Shown here in pieces: positions 25,170-38,280 of a stretch of 64,000 bases of DNA. Under the pieces are notes generated by a model. The model had not been told where the DNA came from. It searched no databases and saw only the letters and a list, made by a program, of their open reading frames with translations. The position numbers were made by a program, and so were the translations under genes. The stretch spans positions 90,749,353 to 90,813,352 of the forward strand of contig NC_057718.1 in NCBI RefSeq assembly GCF_004010195.1. Direction: 5' to 3'. Source of the DNA: Chiloscyllium plagiosum. Taxonomy: Eukaryota. Position 1 is the stretch's first letter. Every line of letters begins with the position of its first letter.

Positions 25170-25490
25170 ATTTTTTTTATTCATTCATGGGATGTGGACA
25201 TCACTGACTAGGTAAAAAGGGCTTTTGCCCGAAACGTCGATTTTGCCTGTCCTCGGATGCTGCCTGAATTGCTGTGCTCTTCCAGCACCACTGATCCATC
25301 ACTGACTAGGCCAACATTTATTGCCCATCCCTAATTCCCCAGATGGCAGTTAAGAGACAGTCACATTGCCAGAAGAGGTAGGGATGACAGTTTCCCTCCC
25401 TAAGGAATATTAGTGAACCAGATGGAGTTTTCTGACAATTGACAATGGATTCATGGTCATTATTAGTTCCAGATTTTTAAAATCCAAGCC
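25170..25490 (-). mobile_element. SINE family 2 with a nested PLE family A mini-insertion (25213-25296)
   Basis: 14-bp TSD catcactgactagg at 25199-25212 and 25297-25310 around gggcttttgcccgaaacgtc. Confidence 0.8.
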
Positions 25491-25619
25491 TAATTGACTG
25501 ACTGCTTTTATTATGTGGATTACAACAATTATTTGCATTCATATGGAACTTCACAGATGCATTATGAAAAATATGTGAAATCAAGCCATTTTTGGAGAGA
25601 ATTGATTGGATGACCAAAG

Positions 25620-26210
25620 GTTTGCTCAAAGGTAGGTTGTTAAGGAGGTGAGAGAGGAGCAGGAGAAGTGGAGGTCTGAAAATTCCAGCGCTTCGGGCCC
25701 AGGCAGCTGAGGACAGGACCATCAATGATGGAGTGACTAATATTGGAAATGTTCAAGGGATCCCCATTACTGAAATGTGGATATCTCCGAGGTGTATGGA
25801 AGGTAGAATGTGGGAGACCAACTCTTGGAATAGTTAAGTCTTGAGATGGCAAAGACATGGGTGTGGACTTTAGCAGAAGAGCAGAGGCAGAGTTAAACTC
25901 AGTCATAGTTAGAGGTGGAACAGGACGTCTCAGTGTGGACACTAATCACAGAGCTGAGTGTGACACCGGGCTTACCAACAGGCTTCTTCAGCCTGAAACA
26001 GTGGTGCGGAGAGGGATGGAATTGATGGTGAGGGAGTGGAGGGTGTGACGGGACCCAAAGGCAATGGCCTTTGGCCTTCCCAACACTGAATTGAGGAAAG
26101 TTCTGCTGGATATCAGATGAGCAGTCTGACAATTTAGGGTTAGTGGAAAGGTCAAGAGAGGGGATGTTGAGGGTGTAGTCAGATCCTCAGGAGATGTCAA
26201 AGGTATTGGT
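25620..26210 (-). mobile_element. Decayed L2-type LINE fragment
   Basis: Minus-strand peptides SDCSSDIQ..NF and KAIAFGSRHTLHSL, resembling the L2 RT C-terminus. Confidence 0.6.
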
Positions 26211-27158
26211 GTAAGAACAGGAAGTGGCTTTACGTGGACTGACTGTGCTTGTCCTGCCTACTGTAATATGGGGGACAGGTTAGGGATGAGCCGAAAGGAG
26301 ATGCTTCGTTTTACTGCTAACCCTCCGCCTTCAAATATATATGTGGAAGCAGCCATAAAACCCATGCAAAAAGGAGGTTCCCAAGAAAAGTCAAAAGACA
26401 TTAACTTGGTTTCTCTCTCTGCACAGATATTGTGAGACGTGCTGAGTTGCTCCAGTTTTTATTTCGGATCTTCAGCATCCGCAGTATTTTGTTTTGGCTC
26501 TTGTTGAGCAAGGTAACTGTTTGGTTTCTGTTGCATTCTGAAAAAATACATCGCTCCTTTTTCAGAGGTTTGCAGTTGTTTTCAGTGTCTGCTTGGTTAA
26601 ATCATTGTGGGACAGATTGTTGAGTTTATCAGGGAGCTCAGCAATTGGATTGCTTGGAGCAACACTATTAACCCACGAGATATGATTCCTCTCCAGCTGT
26701 TAGGTAGGATAAATGCCTTTGTCTCATTACTAGGCATTAAAACAAATCTCAAAGAGACCTGTTTCCCATTTGTTTGACACAGTCTGCAAGTTGTATCACC
26801 CCCATGTGAAATCATCATAATGACATTAAGTAACCTCTTCCATGTCCCTGGAATTTTAAAGAAATGTTTGACGATGCATTTTCTTTCCTGGCATTATCCC
26901 TTTAAGCAACCTTTTGCTACAGCTTCTAATGAATTCACATCAAAAAACACAGATCCAGCCATATTTATATCTGGCTCAAAAAGGAAACATCCAGTGCTAG
27001 TATTACAAGTGGGATTGTGGAAGGAGATTAAATTGGGAATACGGACCGACTGCCAGGTCAGCATAATGAGCATCAGTTCAGGATGGGTAAACACTATTGG
27101 TAATTGTCATGGTGATGACTGACCATGACTGTTTCTTACTGTGCTTTCTCTTCTGCAG

Positions 27159-27243
27159 CGCCTACACCTCAGTGAAGACGTGGCCGGAGCTACATTCATG
27201 GCAGCTGGAAGCTCAGCCCCTGAGCTCTTCACCTCCATCATAG
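27159..27243 (+). CDS. slc24a3: Internal coding exon (85 bp, phase 0/1) of NCKX3-like, alpha-1 repeat: [28 protein letters not shown](G)
   Basis: ttctcttctgcag acceptor and GTAACT donor at 27244. Contains the alpha-1 signature [16 protein letters not shown] and is in frame with the previous exon. Confidence 0.95.
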
Positions 27244-28399
27244 GTAACTCAGTGAAGTCAAGTGCAAGAAAGCAAAGCTGCGCTTTGTTATTCCTGATTT
27301 GTTCATCCCTGTCTTGTCCGTCATTTCTCCAACAAAATTGTTTTGACACTAGTTTTTTTTTGCAGAAATGCAATTTTGCCTGTGGCTTCATTTTCTCGGA
27401 TAGGCACATGGAAGATAATACAATGTAGGCTACGTAGGTTAGTCTGATCTTAGAGTGGGATAAACAGCCGGCACAACATCGAGGACCAAACGGCCTGTAC
27501 TGTGCTGTACTGTTCTATGTTCTATGTTTAAAGCATAATAACAAAATCTTGAGACTTGAGGTCTCGAGGTTATCTAAATCTTTGCTGGTGTTCCACAAGA
27601 AGCCTTTGAGAATTAGGCGACTCTTACTAAAGTGTTCCTCTAGAACCCAGAACTCTCTCAATATCGTAGGGCAGTTATTGCACGGGATGTCATTCCTCTT
27701 TGTTCTTGTCTGTGCCAGCTGTCTATAAGACCAATTCACTTGATCTACTCCCCTACCTTTATTCCCGAGGCCCTGCTATTTCTAGTTTATTCGGATAATT
27801 ATCCAACTTTCTTTTGAAAGTTGTAATTGATTCTTCTTTCTCCTGACAACTTGTTGGGTTTTTTTAAAACTAAGATTTTACCTCTCATCACCTTTATTTC
27901 TTTTGCTAATCCATGGGATAAGTGGGAACACCACTGCCTGCAAATTTCCCCCAAGCTGCACCCCACCCAGACTTGGAAATATAATGCCGGTCCTTTAGTG
28001 TTTCTGGGTCAAAGAGCTGGAAATCCACCTGAACCAGCATTGTGGGTCTTATCTACAGCGAATGGACTGCAGGGGAATAAGAAGCCAGCTCGCCACCATC
28101 TTCTCAAGGGTAACTGGGGAGCGGGGAATAAATGCTGGCCCAGCTAGCAACACCCATGTCGTATGAGTGAATAAAAAACACTCCTATATTGGTGTTGATA
28201 TCAACAGTGCAGGTTCAATTCCCGATGAAAACCCAGCCTTTTCAACATCGCACCCTCACCTGAGTCATGGAAATCTTCAAGTTAAAGTGATCACCAATCA
28301 TCTCTCTCAAATGAGAAAGCAGCTTAAGGTCCTCTGGGACTGTGGTGATGTTCCATTTAAGTGTCCTCTGGAGCTCCATCCTTCCACTAATGGGAACAA

Positions 28400-30480
28400 T
28401 TATAGAGTCATACAGCACGGGAACAGACTCTTCGGTCCAACTCATTCATGCCAACCAAGGTCCCCAGTCTAAGCTAGTCCCACTTACCTGCATTTGGCCC
28501 ATATCCCCCTAAACCTTTCCTATTCTTCTACCTGTCCAAATGTCTTTCTAGTGTTGTTGCTGTATCTGCATCTACCATTTTATCTGGCAGTTCATTCCAC
28601 ATACACTCTCTGTGTGAAACATTTGCCCCTCAGATCCTTTTTTAAATGTTTCTCCTCTCACCTTAAAAGTATGCCCCCTAGTTTTGAACTTACCTACCAC
28701 AGGGAAAAGACCTTGGCTGTTCACGTTATCGATGCCCCTCAGGATTTTATAAACCTCTATAAGGTCACCCCTCAACCTCCCATGCTTCAGTGGAAAAATT
28801 CCCAGCTTATCCAGCCTCTCCTTATAACTCAAACCTTCACTCCTGGCAATATCTTAGGAATTGCGACGTTTAAAAGACGTTTGGATAAGAACGTGAATGG
28901 AAAAGGTTCAGAGAGATATGGACAAGGAGCAGGCAGGTGGAACTAATTTAGTTGGGATTACATTCGGCATGGACTGGTTGGACTGAAGGGTTTGTCTCTG
29001 TGCTGTATGATTCGATGAATCCTCTCCAATTTAATAATGTCCTTCCTATAGCAGATAAATGTACGCGGTAATCCAAAAGTGGCCTCACCAATGTCCTGCA
29101 GAACTTCAACTTGACGTCTTAACTCTTATATTCAATGGTCTGAGTGATGAGGGCAATTGTGTTAAACACCTTCTTAACCACCCTGTCTACCTGCGACACA
29201 GCTTGCAAAGAACAACGTACCTAAACCCCTTGGTCTCTCTATTTGACTACCAAAGGCCCTATCATTAAATATATAAGCCCTGCTCTTGTTTGTTTTACTA
29301 AAATGCATTAACACACATTTATCCAAATTAAATTCCATCTGCCATTCCTCAGCCTATTGGCCCAATTGATCAAGATCCTTTGTAATCTTAGGTAACCTCT
29401 TTCACTGTCGATGATACAGTGACAAACAACAGTGGACTCAGCACCAATGTCTGCAGAACACCACTGGTCATAGGCTACCAGTCTGAAAAACAACCCTCAA
29501 TCACCATCCTCTAACAAAGCTAATTTTGTATACCATTGACAAGCTCTTCCTGAATCCGATGTGGTATAATTTTACTGATCAGTCTACCATGCGGAATCTT
29601 GTCTAAGACTTCTCTAGAATCTATGTAGATAACATCTACCACTCTGCCCTCATCTATCCTTTCGGTTACATCCTCAAAAAGGTCAATCAGGTTTGTGAGA
29701 CACAACTTCCCACGCACAAAGCCATGCTGATTATCCCTAATCAGTCCTCACCCCTCCAAAGCCTATCTCTCAGAATCCTCTCCAACAACGTACCCACCAG
29801 ACTCACTGCTCTGTAGTTCCCAGAGTCCTCCCTACAGCCTTTCATAAATAAAGGCAAAATATTAGCCACCCTCCAGTCCTCTAGCACCTCACCCCTGACT
29901 ATAGATGATACAAATATCTTAGATTAGATTAGATTACATTACAGTGTGGAAACAGGCCCTTCGGCCCAACAAGTCCACACCGACCCGCCGAAGCGTAACT
30001 TACCCATACCCCTACATTTACCCCTTAACTAACACTACGGGCAATTTAGCCTGGCCAATTCACCTAACCTGGACATCTTTGGACTGTGGGAGGAAACCGG
30101 AGCACCCGGAGGAAACCCACGCAGACACGGGGAGAACATGCAAACTCCACACAGTCAGTCGCCTGAGGCGGGAATTGAACCCGGGTCTCTGGCGCTGTGA
30201 GGCAGCAGTGCTAACCACTGTGCCGCCCACTAGAAATTGCTGGAGGCCCTGCAATTTCCTCCCTAACTTTCCACAATATACACCAGATCCGGTCCTGGAG
30301 ATTTATCCACCTTTATGTTTTTAAGCCTTCCAGCACCCCCTCTTATGTAATGTGAACTGTTTTCAAGGCATCAATATTTATTTTCCTGTGTTGCCTAGCT
30401 TCTATGTCTTTCTCCACAGTAAAAACTGACGTGAAGTATGTGTTTCGTATCTCCCTCATCTCCCTATTGACATCTCTCTC
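28400..30480 (-). mobile_element. Long decayed HER1/CR1 LINE with a nested plus-strand HER1 end (28858-29017) and an HE1 SINE (29921-30229, -)
   Basis: RGKLCLTNLIDLFEDVTERIDEGRVVDVIYID (RT) and YKERLDKLGIFPLKHGRLRGDLIEVYKILRG. Confidence 0.88.
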
Positions 30481-30899
30481 CAAATTCCTCGAAGCTTCGA
30501 ACATCTGCTCCTTTCAATCTTCTGTTCCCTAACGCGAACAGTCCAGTTTTCAACATCAACTGTGTAACTCAAGTCCCTCATTGTCATCAATCCTTTCCTC
30601 ACCCCCACTGCAACATATTGTGCAAAAAGTGTGATGCACAAAATTGGACACATTATTCCTGTCGAGGCTAATCCAGTGACTTATAAGCATTCACCGTAAT
30701 ATGCTTTGGATTCTGTTCTTCCATTTATGAAGCTCAGGATCTGGGTGGCTTTTTAACAACTTTCTCAACCTGTCCTGCCACTTACAAACAACTTCTGCAC
30801 CCCCAGATTCCTCCATTTCTGCACCCCATTTTAGAATTCTCTCCATTGCCTCACCTCATTCCTTCCACCAAAATGTGTCACTTCACATTTCTCTTTGCC

Positions 30900-31218
30900 G
30901 TAGAATTTCTACGGTGTGGAAGCAGGCCATTCGGCCCATTGAGCCGAAACTGACCCTCCAAAAAGCATCCCATTGACCCCACCCCTGCTATATTTCTCAT
31001 TGCTAACCCACCTAGCTTGCAGAACCCTGTCCTGTATGGGCAATTTAACGTGGCCAATCCAGCTAACCTGCACATTTTTGCACTGTGGGAGGAAACAGGA
31101 GCTCACCCACATTGACACAGAGAGAATTTGCAAACGGACAGTCATCCAGGGCTAGAATTGAACCCAGATTCCTGGTGCTGTAGGGCAGCAGTACTAACCA
31201 CAGAGACACCGTGCTGCC
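30900..31218 (-). mobile_element. HE1-like SINE within an old CR1 fragment
   Basis: Reverse-complement HE1 motifs. Confidence 0.78.
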
Positions 31219-31549
31219 AGTCATCTGCTACAATCAGCCATTGTACCAGCCTGACTTAGTCTCTTGAAGTCCATCACTGTCCTCTTCACCGTATACTATA
31301 CTTTCAAGTTCTGTGCCATGAGCACACGTTGAAATGGTGCCCTACACACCCCCAAGTCTATGTCACCAATACAGGTATAGAATATTATTCACATAGGTAA
31401 AGCAATGGTCTTAATACCGACCCTGGTGATTCTGACTGTACACACTACACCAGTCTGAAAAACAGTTGTTCACAGCTACTCCCATGCCCTATCACTCAGC
31501 CAACTATGCATCCACATTGCCACTGTTCCTGCTAAGTCACAGGCTTTAC

Positions 31550-32410
31550 ATAGAAACATTGAAAATAGGAACAGGAATAGGCCATTCAAGGTTGCTCTGC
31601 CATTCGATATGATGGTGGCTTGTCATCAACTTAATATGGTGTTTCTTTCCTCAGATCCCTAAGATCTTGATCCCTTTAGCCAGGAGAACTATAACTAACT
31701 GCTTCTTGAAAACTTCAAATGTTGTGACCTTAACTGTTTTGTGTGGCAGAGAATTCCCCAGGCTCACCACTCTCTGGGTGAAGAAATCTGTCCTCATCTC
31801 AATCCTGGATGACCTTCCCGATATCCTTAGACTGTTGGCTCTGGTCATTAGGAACACCTTTCCGGCATTTATGGTGCCTAGTCCTTTGAGAACTTTATAG
31901 GTTTCTATGAGAATGCCCCATCATTATTCGAATGTAGTCCGAACCAATCCAATCTCTCTTCTTATTTCAGTCATGCCATCCCAGGTAGGTAAAAACAATG
32001 ACTGCAGATGCTGGAAACCAGATTCTGGATTAGTGGTGCTGGAAGAGCACAGCAGTTCAGGCAGCATCTGAGGAGCAGTAAAATCGACATTTCGGGCAAA
32101 AGCCCTTCATCAGGGCTTTTGATGAAGGGCTTTTGCCCGAAACGTTGATTTCGCTGCTCCTCGGATGCTGCCTGAACTGTTGTGCTCTTCCAGCACCACT
32201 AATCCATCCCAGGAATCAGTCTGGTAAGCCTCTGTTTATTCCCTCCATAGCCAGAACATCCTTCCTCTGATAAGGAAACCAAAACTGCATATGTTACTCC
32301 AAGGCTGGTCTCAGCAAGGCCCTGTATGAATGCAGCAAGACATCTCAACCCTTTTACCCAAATCCTCCCAATATTAAGGACAACATACCATACTTCCTTA
32401 CCACCTACAT
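31550..32410 (-). mobile_element. CR1 3' fragment hosting an inverted PLE mini-element
   Basis: FFTQRVVSLGNSLP peptide. Confidence 0.78.
31986..32203. mobile_element. Inverted PLE pLTR mini-element (family A) with back-to-back hammerhead motifs
   Basis: tttcgggcaaaagcccttcatcagg / tgatgaagggcttttgcccgaaacgtt. 10-bp TSD ccatcccagg at 31976-31985 and 32204-32213. Confidence 0.85.
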
Positions 32411-32508
32411 GCTTACATTTAGCTTTTGTTGCTTAATTCTGGGTCTACCGGAATAGGCTTCCTTTTTGATAGCAATAACAAGGTTTGAATCTTTAAAGTA
32501 TGGCCCTG

Positions 32509-33430
32509 TGTTACGACACAGTCAACTGAATCAAATCAGCCTCCCTACCGCTGTATTCACAACATAGTAAAATTAAAACCTTCAAAGACCCTCGGAACTG
32601 ACCCCAATGATTCCTAGCCAGACATTTTGAATAAACAGTCCCAATTTTTGTGAATAATCCATACAAGATAACCAGGTTAAACAAAAGACTCAACAATTTA
32701 TTAATAATACAGTGTTCAATTCTTTCTATATCCCAACCACCAGACATTTTTTATGAAAGGCGTTGGAAGACAATTTATTAATAATAATTGCAGAGCAAAG
32801 TCAAACCACAAGGTAATCTAATTAATGTCTAAGATTTAAACCTAGTCCTTTTAAATTCTAGCCTCACACCCTCACAAAGACTGAAAGACAAACCAAAAGG
32901 GTTAAGGGATAAATCAAAAAGGGAGATGTAACAGGCCAGTTCAATTCAGCAGACTCCCCAATCTGTAACGTCATCAGCATATAAAATTAAATCTTGCTTG
33001 GTTTCTGATGACACCGGTGCATGCAAATATCTTCCAAAAGGCTCTAAGGAATGTTCATTCAATTCTCAGAACTTTGGTTCTATTCTTTAAACTTTCAACA
33101 CATTGATAATGAGAGTACAAACAGGGAGAAATCAAACCTTTGTCCCATGGCTTTCACTGGCACAATCTTTGTGATCCAATTACAGTTCAAATACAGTCCA
33201 AAAACCAATTCAAACTCTGGCAACTCTTTTTGTTGTCTCCCTGTAAGGTCTCAGTTAACATTCAACATCTGCTTAAGTATAAGGCCTCCCTGTGGTTGAA
33301 GTGTCTACAGGGCACCTTTTAAACTTGGAACCATCTATAGTTAACTTCCAGTTCTGGCCTCATGAACAAGTAACAGCTCGTTCTCACAGTCCAAAGGTCA
33401 TCTTTCAGCTCTCAGCCCGCAGTTAACAGC
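32509..33430 (-). mobile_element. Possible solo LTR
   Basis: Begins tgttacgac, with candidate taaca ends near 33377 and 33429. No TSD confirmed. Confidence 0.3.
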
Positions 33431-34897
33431 TCCAGACCAAAAATAATTTTAAAAAAAAGTTAAAAATCAAAATGGTGAAAAGAAATCAGCAAGGGTTCTA
33501 TGATTTTATTTATCCTTTCACTCTAAAGTGATTTTATTTTATTTGTCGGGCTCACTTTGCACAAAAAATTACACAAATTATGGACAAAGTATGTTTATAT
33601 TCTGTGAATGGATTCGATATAATTCACCCCCTGACATTTGAGGGATCTTCAAATTGAACCGTATTCTGCTTATGTACTCAGCTGTATAGTGTTTCTGTCT
33701 GCGTGAGACAGTATATTCGCATCTTTTCTCCAAGCTCAATGGTGTGTCATGTGCTGGTGCATTGTTCAATTCTTTCGATATCCCACCCACCAGTTAATTT
33801 TTTGAAAGGCGTTGGAGGATATTTGTTCATTTGGGTATCACCACTGACATCCAGATGCAGTTAGCATCTGCCACAAGTCCCTGGTTAATAATTAGGAGCT
33901 GGATCTCTTACAATAACGGGGCAATGGCACCAATTATAGTGCCATTTCTGTCACTCTGGCTTCTATCTGTTAGCACAACATGGACCAGGAAGTTCTCAGC
34001 TTCAACTCCCGGCTGCTTGTTTCTCCGGGAAATGAACCTGCCGTCTTCATGGTCAATTATCCATGCATACGGACAGAATGAGGCCATTCGACCCTTCATT
34101 CTGGTCGCAGCTCAATGAGCTATCCAATTGGCCTGATTTCATTGCACTTGCCCCACCTTTTCTGATATTTTGTCTTCGAAAATATTTATCCAAATCTCCA
34201 AGTAACTTTGCCTTCCCACTTGCCAATTTTGAAGTCGTACTTACAATTCTTGTTTTTATATATTAGACTTTGATCTAACATTATCAAATTTAAAATGTAC
34301 AGATTTAAAATTGAAACTCATTATTCTATATTAAATTTACATCTTACTTAAAAACTTCACTTCTGCATTATCATGTGTCCACTAACTGCTGACAACACTT
34401 CCTTTGTTCCTCATGTACAATAATACAGAGACTGGAATGATTTTTATTCAGTGTTACCTGTTTTTGACATATTCTCTAAGTCAATTTTTTTAAACAAACT
34501 TTTGAAAATCATAGCTGAAGAATTGTGAATCAGCGCACGATTTGAAAACTGGCCGTTCAAAGTTAATGCTTTAGCGAAACAATATCTCAACAAATTGTCC
34601 ATTTATTCAGATGCTTTCTGAAGAATTCTGGAGCAATTGAGTGATGGTGTTGGGCTATTAGTTTTATGGAGGCTCATTATGGAGGCCTGGTAATGTCAAG
34701 GTAGCTCACACACTGAACGTATACATCGCAAACTTGCAATTTTCAGTATACACTCAGTGTTTGATTATGGCCAAATACTTTGTGTATAAACCCTTTTGTG
34801 TTTACTGTTTGTGCTGTTACATTTTTACTGTGTGTACGGCCGGCATTCCAGAGGTACTATAGCTCTCCCTACTTAACCTTCCCTTTCTATTTCTCAG

Positions 34898-35001
34898 GAG
34901 TGTTCATCACAAAGGGGGATGTCGGGGTCGGAACGATTGTGGGCTCTGCAGTATTCAACATTCTCTGCATTATTGGAGTGTGTGGGCTTTTCTCAGGACT
35001 G
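34898..35001 (+). CDS. slc24a3: Internal coding exon (104 bp, phase 1/0) of NCKX3-like: (G)[34 protein letters not shown]
   Basis: ccctttctatttctcag acceptor and GTAAGC donor at 35002. The G|GA split codon joins it to the previous exon. Contains the [12 protein letters not shown] motif. Confidence 0.95.
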
Positions 35002-35576
35002 GTAAGCAAACCTTTCCACAGCCATCCATAAAGTATTGCACTGTAGTCAATGAGTGGCATCCAAGTTCTGAAGCTCCTGGGCACATGGACACCTCATTGG
35101 CAATTGTTTGGGTGGCATGCCCTGGCACCAAGTACTATAAAAGGGCCAACACTAGGAAACGACTGAGACTGCTGTTCCATTTGATATTTAACGTCCAAGC
35201 ATAGATAAAAGAGCTTCTATTTCTCTCCCTTTCTAGAGGATGAGGAGGCAACATATGTACTATTGGCTTGTTCGTTGCGAATAATGACAATGTGAAAAGG
35301 AACAGCAAATCCACCACTGTTTCCCCAGTAATGTTCACAATATGTTAAAGCAATCTGGACTCTAGATCAAAGCTGTCACTGATTGAACTCAGAAGTGTTT
35401 TAAAATCAAGAGACGCCAGGCAGGATTCACACTAGATGGAGCGAATGCTTACCTTATGTTCAGTATTAACAACTGCCAGCATTTCAGTGGAAGTTGGAGA
35501 TATTGCCATCACATTGGACTGCAGATCTGCCTGTCAGAACCTTGGAAGTCCCCAGCTAGGTTAACTTAATTTGGTG

Positions 35577-35798
35577 AAAGTGAGAACTTCAGATGCTGGA
35601 GATTAGAGTTGAGAGTGTGCTGTTGGGAAAGCACAGCAGTACAGGCAGCATCCGAGGAGCAGGAGAATTGACGTTGCGGGCAAAAGGTCTTCATCAGGAA
35701 TGAGGATGAAGAGCTCTTGCCCAAAACATTGATTCTCCTGCTCCTCAGATGCTGCCTGACCTGTTGTGCTTTTCCAGCACCACACTCTTGACTCTAAT
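35577..35798. mobile_element. Inverted PLE mini-element (family A), degenerate
   Basis: Inverted arms around cttcatcaggaatgaggatgaagagc, flanked by atttggtg repeats. Confidence 0.8.
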
Positions 35799-35859
35799 TT
35801 TATTTGGTGCCGAACCTCCCCTAAGCTGAGCAAATTTCACATTTGGAAGTTGCTTGGAT

Positions 35860-36545
35860 GCAGGGGTGTAATATCAGGATAAAAGATCAATTGTTTAGGA
35901 CAGAAGTGAAGAGAAATTTCCTCAGGAAGGATTGTGAATCTTTGGAATCCTTTATCCCAGAGGATCATGGATGCTCCATGATTGTGTACCTCCAACACTG
36001 AGATGGATAGACGTTTGACTTATCGGGAAATCGAGGAAGGTGGGAAGCAAGGTAGGGCTGGGGGTGGGCTTGTACTCATTGGATTTTAGAAGAATGAGAG
36101 GACACCCGACTGAACCATGCAAACTTCTTAGGAGACTTGGCATGTAGGTAGTGAGAGGTTGTTTCCCTATTATAGGAGAGTCTAGGACCAGAGGGAATAA
36201 TCTCAGAGTAAGGGCTGAGACGAGGAGGAATTTTGTCTCAGAGGTAGTAAATTCTTTGCTGCAGAGGGCTGTCCAGGCTGGTACATTAACTATACAAACA
36301 ACTGAGATAGATTCTTTATCAATAAGGGAATTAAGGATTATGGGTAAAAGGCCAGTAAGTGCAGTTGGGGATCATTGAATCAGCTGGGATCTTACTGAAC
36401 TAATGAGTAAACTCGATGGGCCAAATGGCCTACTCCTGCTCCTCTGTCCTTTGGTCTTATGGGTGGTGGGACAGTGGAATTGAGGTCGAAGGTTGCTCTG
36501 ATTGTATTGAATGAAGCTTAAGGGATCTAATGGCCTGATTTTAAA
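35860..36545 (+). mobile_element. Cluster of nested CR1 3' fragments
   Basis: gagtctaggaccagaggg...aggaggaatttt...gggccaaatggcctactcctgctcct. Confidence 0.7.
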
Positions 36546-37487
36546 CCCATCCACATATGTTTTGACACGCCGTTGCACACAGGTACAGGTACATTGGCAG
36601 TGGAAGGCAGAAGTTTGTTTGGATCTTCTTGAAAATGTGAACGCAGTTGCTTGCAAATATAAACTGATCATGCAGAAATGGCAGCAATGAATGTTTCCCT
36701 GCAATGACCCTTGACCCAGATGGAAATTGTCCAAACAGTGGAATTTTATAGTCCACGAGGGAGTTCCATCGTAGGGATGGTCCTTTTTGATTTAGGATGT
36801 TTGTAAAAGTGTTATGACTGTTGTTCAAGTATTGTGTAACCTGCCTGACTGTTATGTTAGACATGTTAGCATTATATCGTCAAAATAGTGAAAGGCAGAT
36901 TGTGATATTCTGTTATATTTTATGCCGCACTTTTTATTTTCAGCTTTTCACCATTTTCATTAATTCCTTCGAAGACCCGAAAGGTTTGCAGTGTCAGTGT
37001 AAATGATTTTCAATCTGTCAGAGTGAATTCTGCTGCTCCTTGATTAACATAAAGACTAATTTTGTGACACATTTGAGCAGGGACTTCAAACCACAGTATT
37101 GAACCCAAGTGAAAGTTTGAACTATTTAATTTTCTGAAGAAGTGAAGAAGGGAAAGCGGGAGACGGTGTGTGGGCGGGTTTTCAGAGAGAATCTTAATAA
37201 TGTCCTACCAGTGAGGAAGGTGATGTTAAAGGAGCAGTGACCACATGGATAGAGAGATAGCCATGAACCAAAACTGAACAAACTGCTGTGGTGTTGGAAG
37301 TGGCCTCCCTTTGAATTTTGCTTTCCATTTAATATAAGAATTTGGGCACAGGCACAAGAAGATAATGTTATGTTTTGTCAACATAGAGCAAGAGAATTTT
37401 AACATAACATGGAGCACTTTACCAGAAAATTGACAAAATGTTAATTAGAGTGAACACATAAGGATTTCAAAAGGAATGACTATATGA

Positions 37488-38280
37488 CCATAAGACATAA
37501 GATTAGAAATTAGGCCATTCAGCCCATCGAGTCTTGTCCACCATTCAATCATGGATCCCTCTCTCCTTAATCCCCTTGACAATCAAGAACCTATCTATCT
37601 CTATCTTAAGCATACTTAATGATCTGGCCTCCACAACCTTCTACGGCAATGAATTCCATAGATTGACCATTTTCTGGCTGAAGATGTTTCTCCTTATCTC
37701 CGTTCAAAAAAATCTTCCATTTACACTAATGCTGTGCCCTCGGGTCCCAGTCTTTCCTACCAATGGAAACAGTGGTTAGCACTGCTGCCTCACAGCACCA
37801 GAGACCCGGGTTCAAATCCCACATCGGGCAACTGTCCGTGTGGAGTTTGCACATTCTCCCCGTGTCTGCGTGGGTTTCCTCTGGATGCTCCGGTTTCCTC
37901 CCATAGTCTAAAGATGTGCAGGTTAGGTGAATTGGCCATGCTAAGTTGCCCGTAGTGTTAGGTGAAGGGGTAAATATAGGGGAATGGGTCTGGGTGGGTT
38001 GCTCTTCAGAGGGTCGGTGTGGACTTGTTGGGCTGAAGGGCCTATTTCCACACTGAATGAAATCTAACCTAAAAATCTCAACATCCACTTTGTCCAGGCC
38101 ATTCAGTATTCTGAATGTTTCAATCAGATCCCCCCTCGTCCTTCTAAGCCATCAGGTATGGATCCAGAGTCCACAAACATTTCTCATATGTTCCTCATAT
38201 GTTAAGCTTTTTATATTTGGGTCCATTCTCGTGAACCTCCTCTGAACCCTCTCCAGGGCCAGTACATGCTTCCTGAGAAT
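37488..38280 (-). mobile_element. CR1 3' fragment with a nested HE1 SINE (37770-38070, +)
   Basis: ccataagacataag tail and SINE motifs. Confidence 0.8.
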
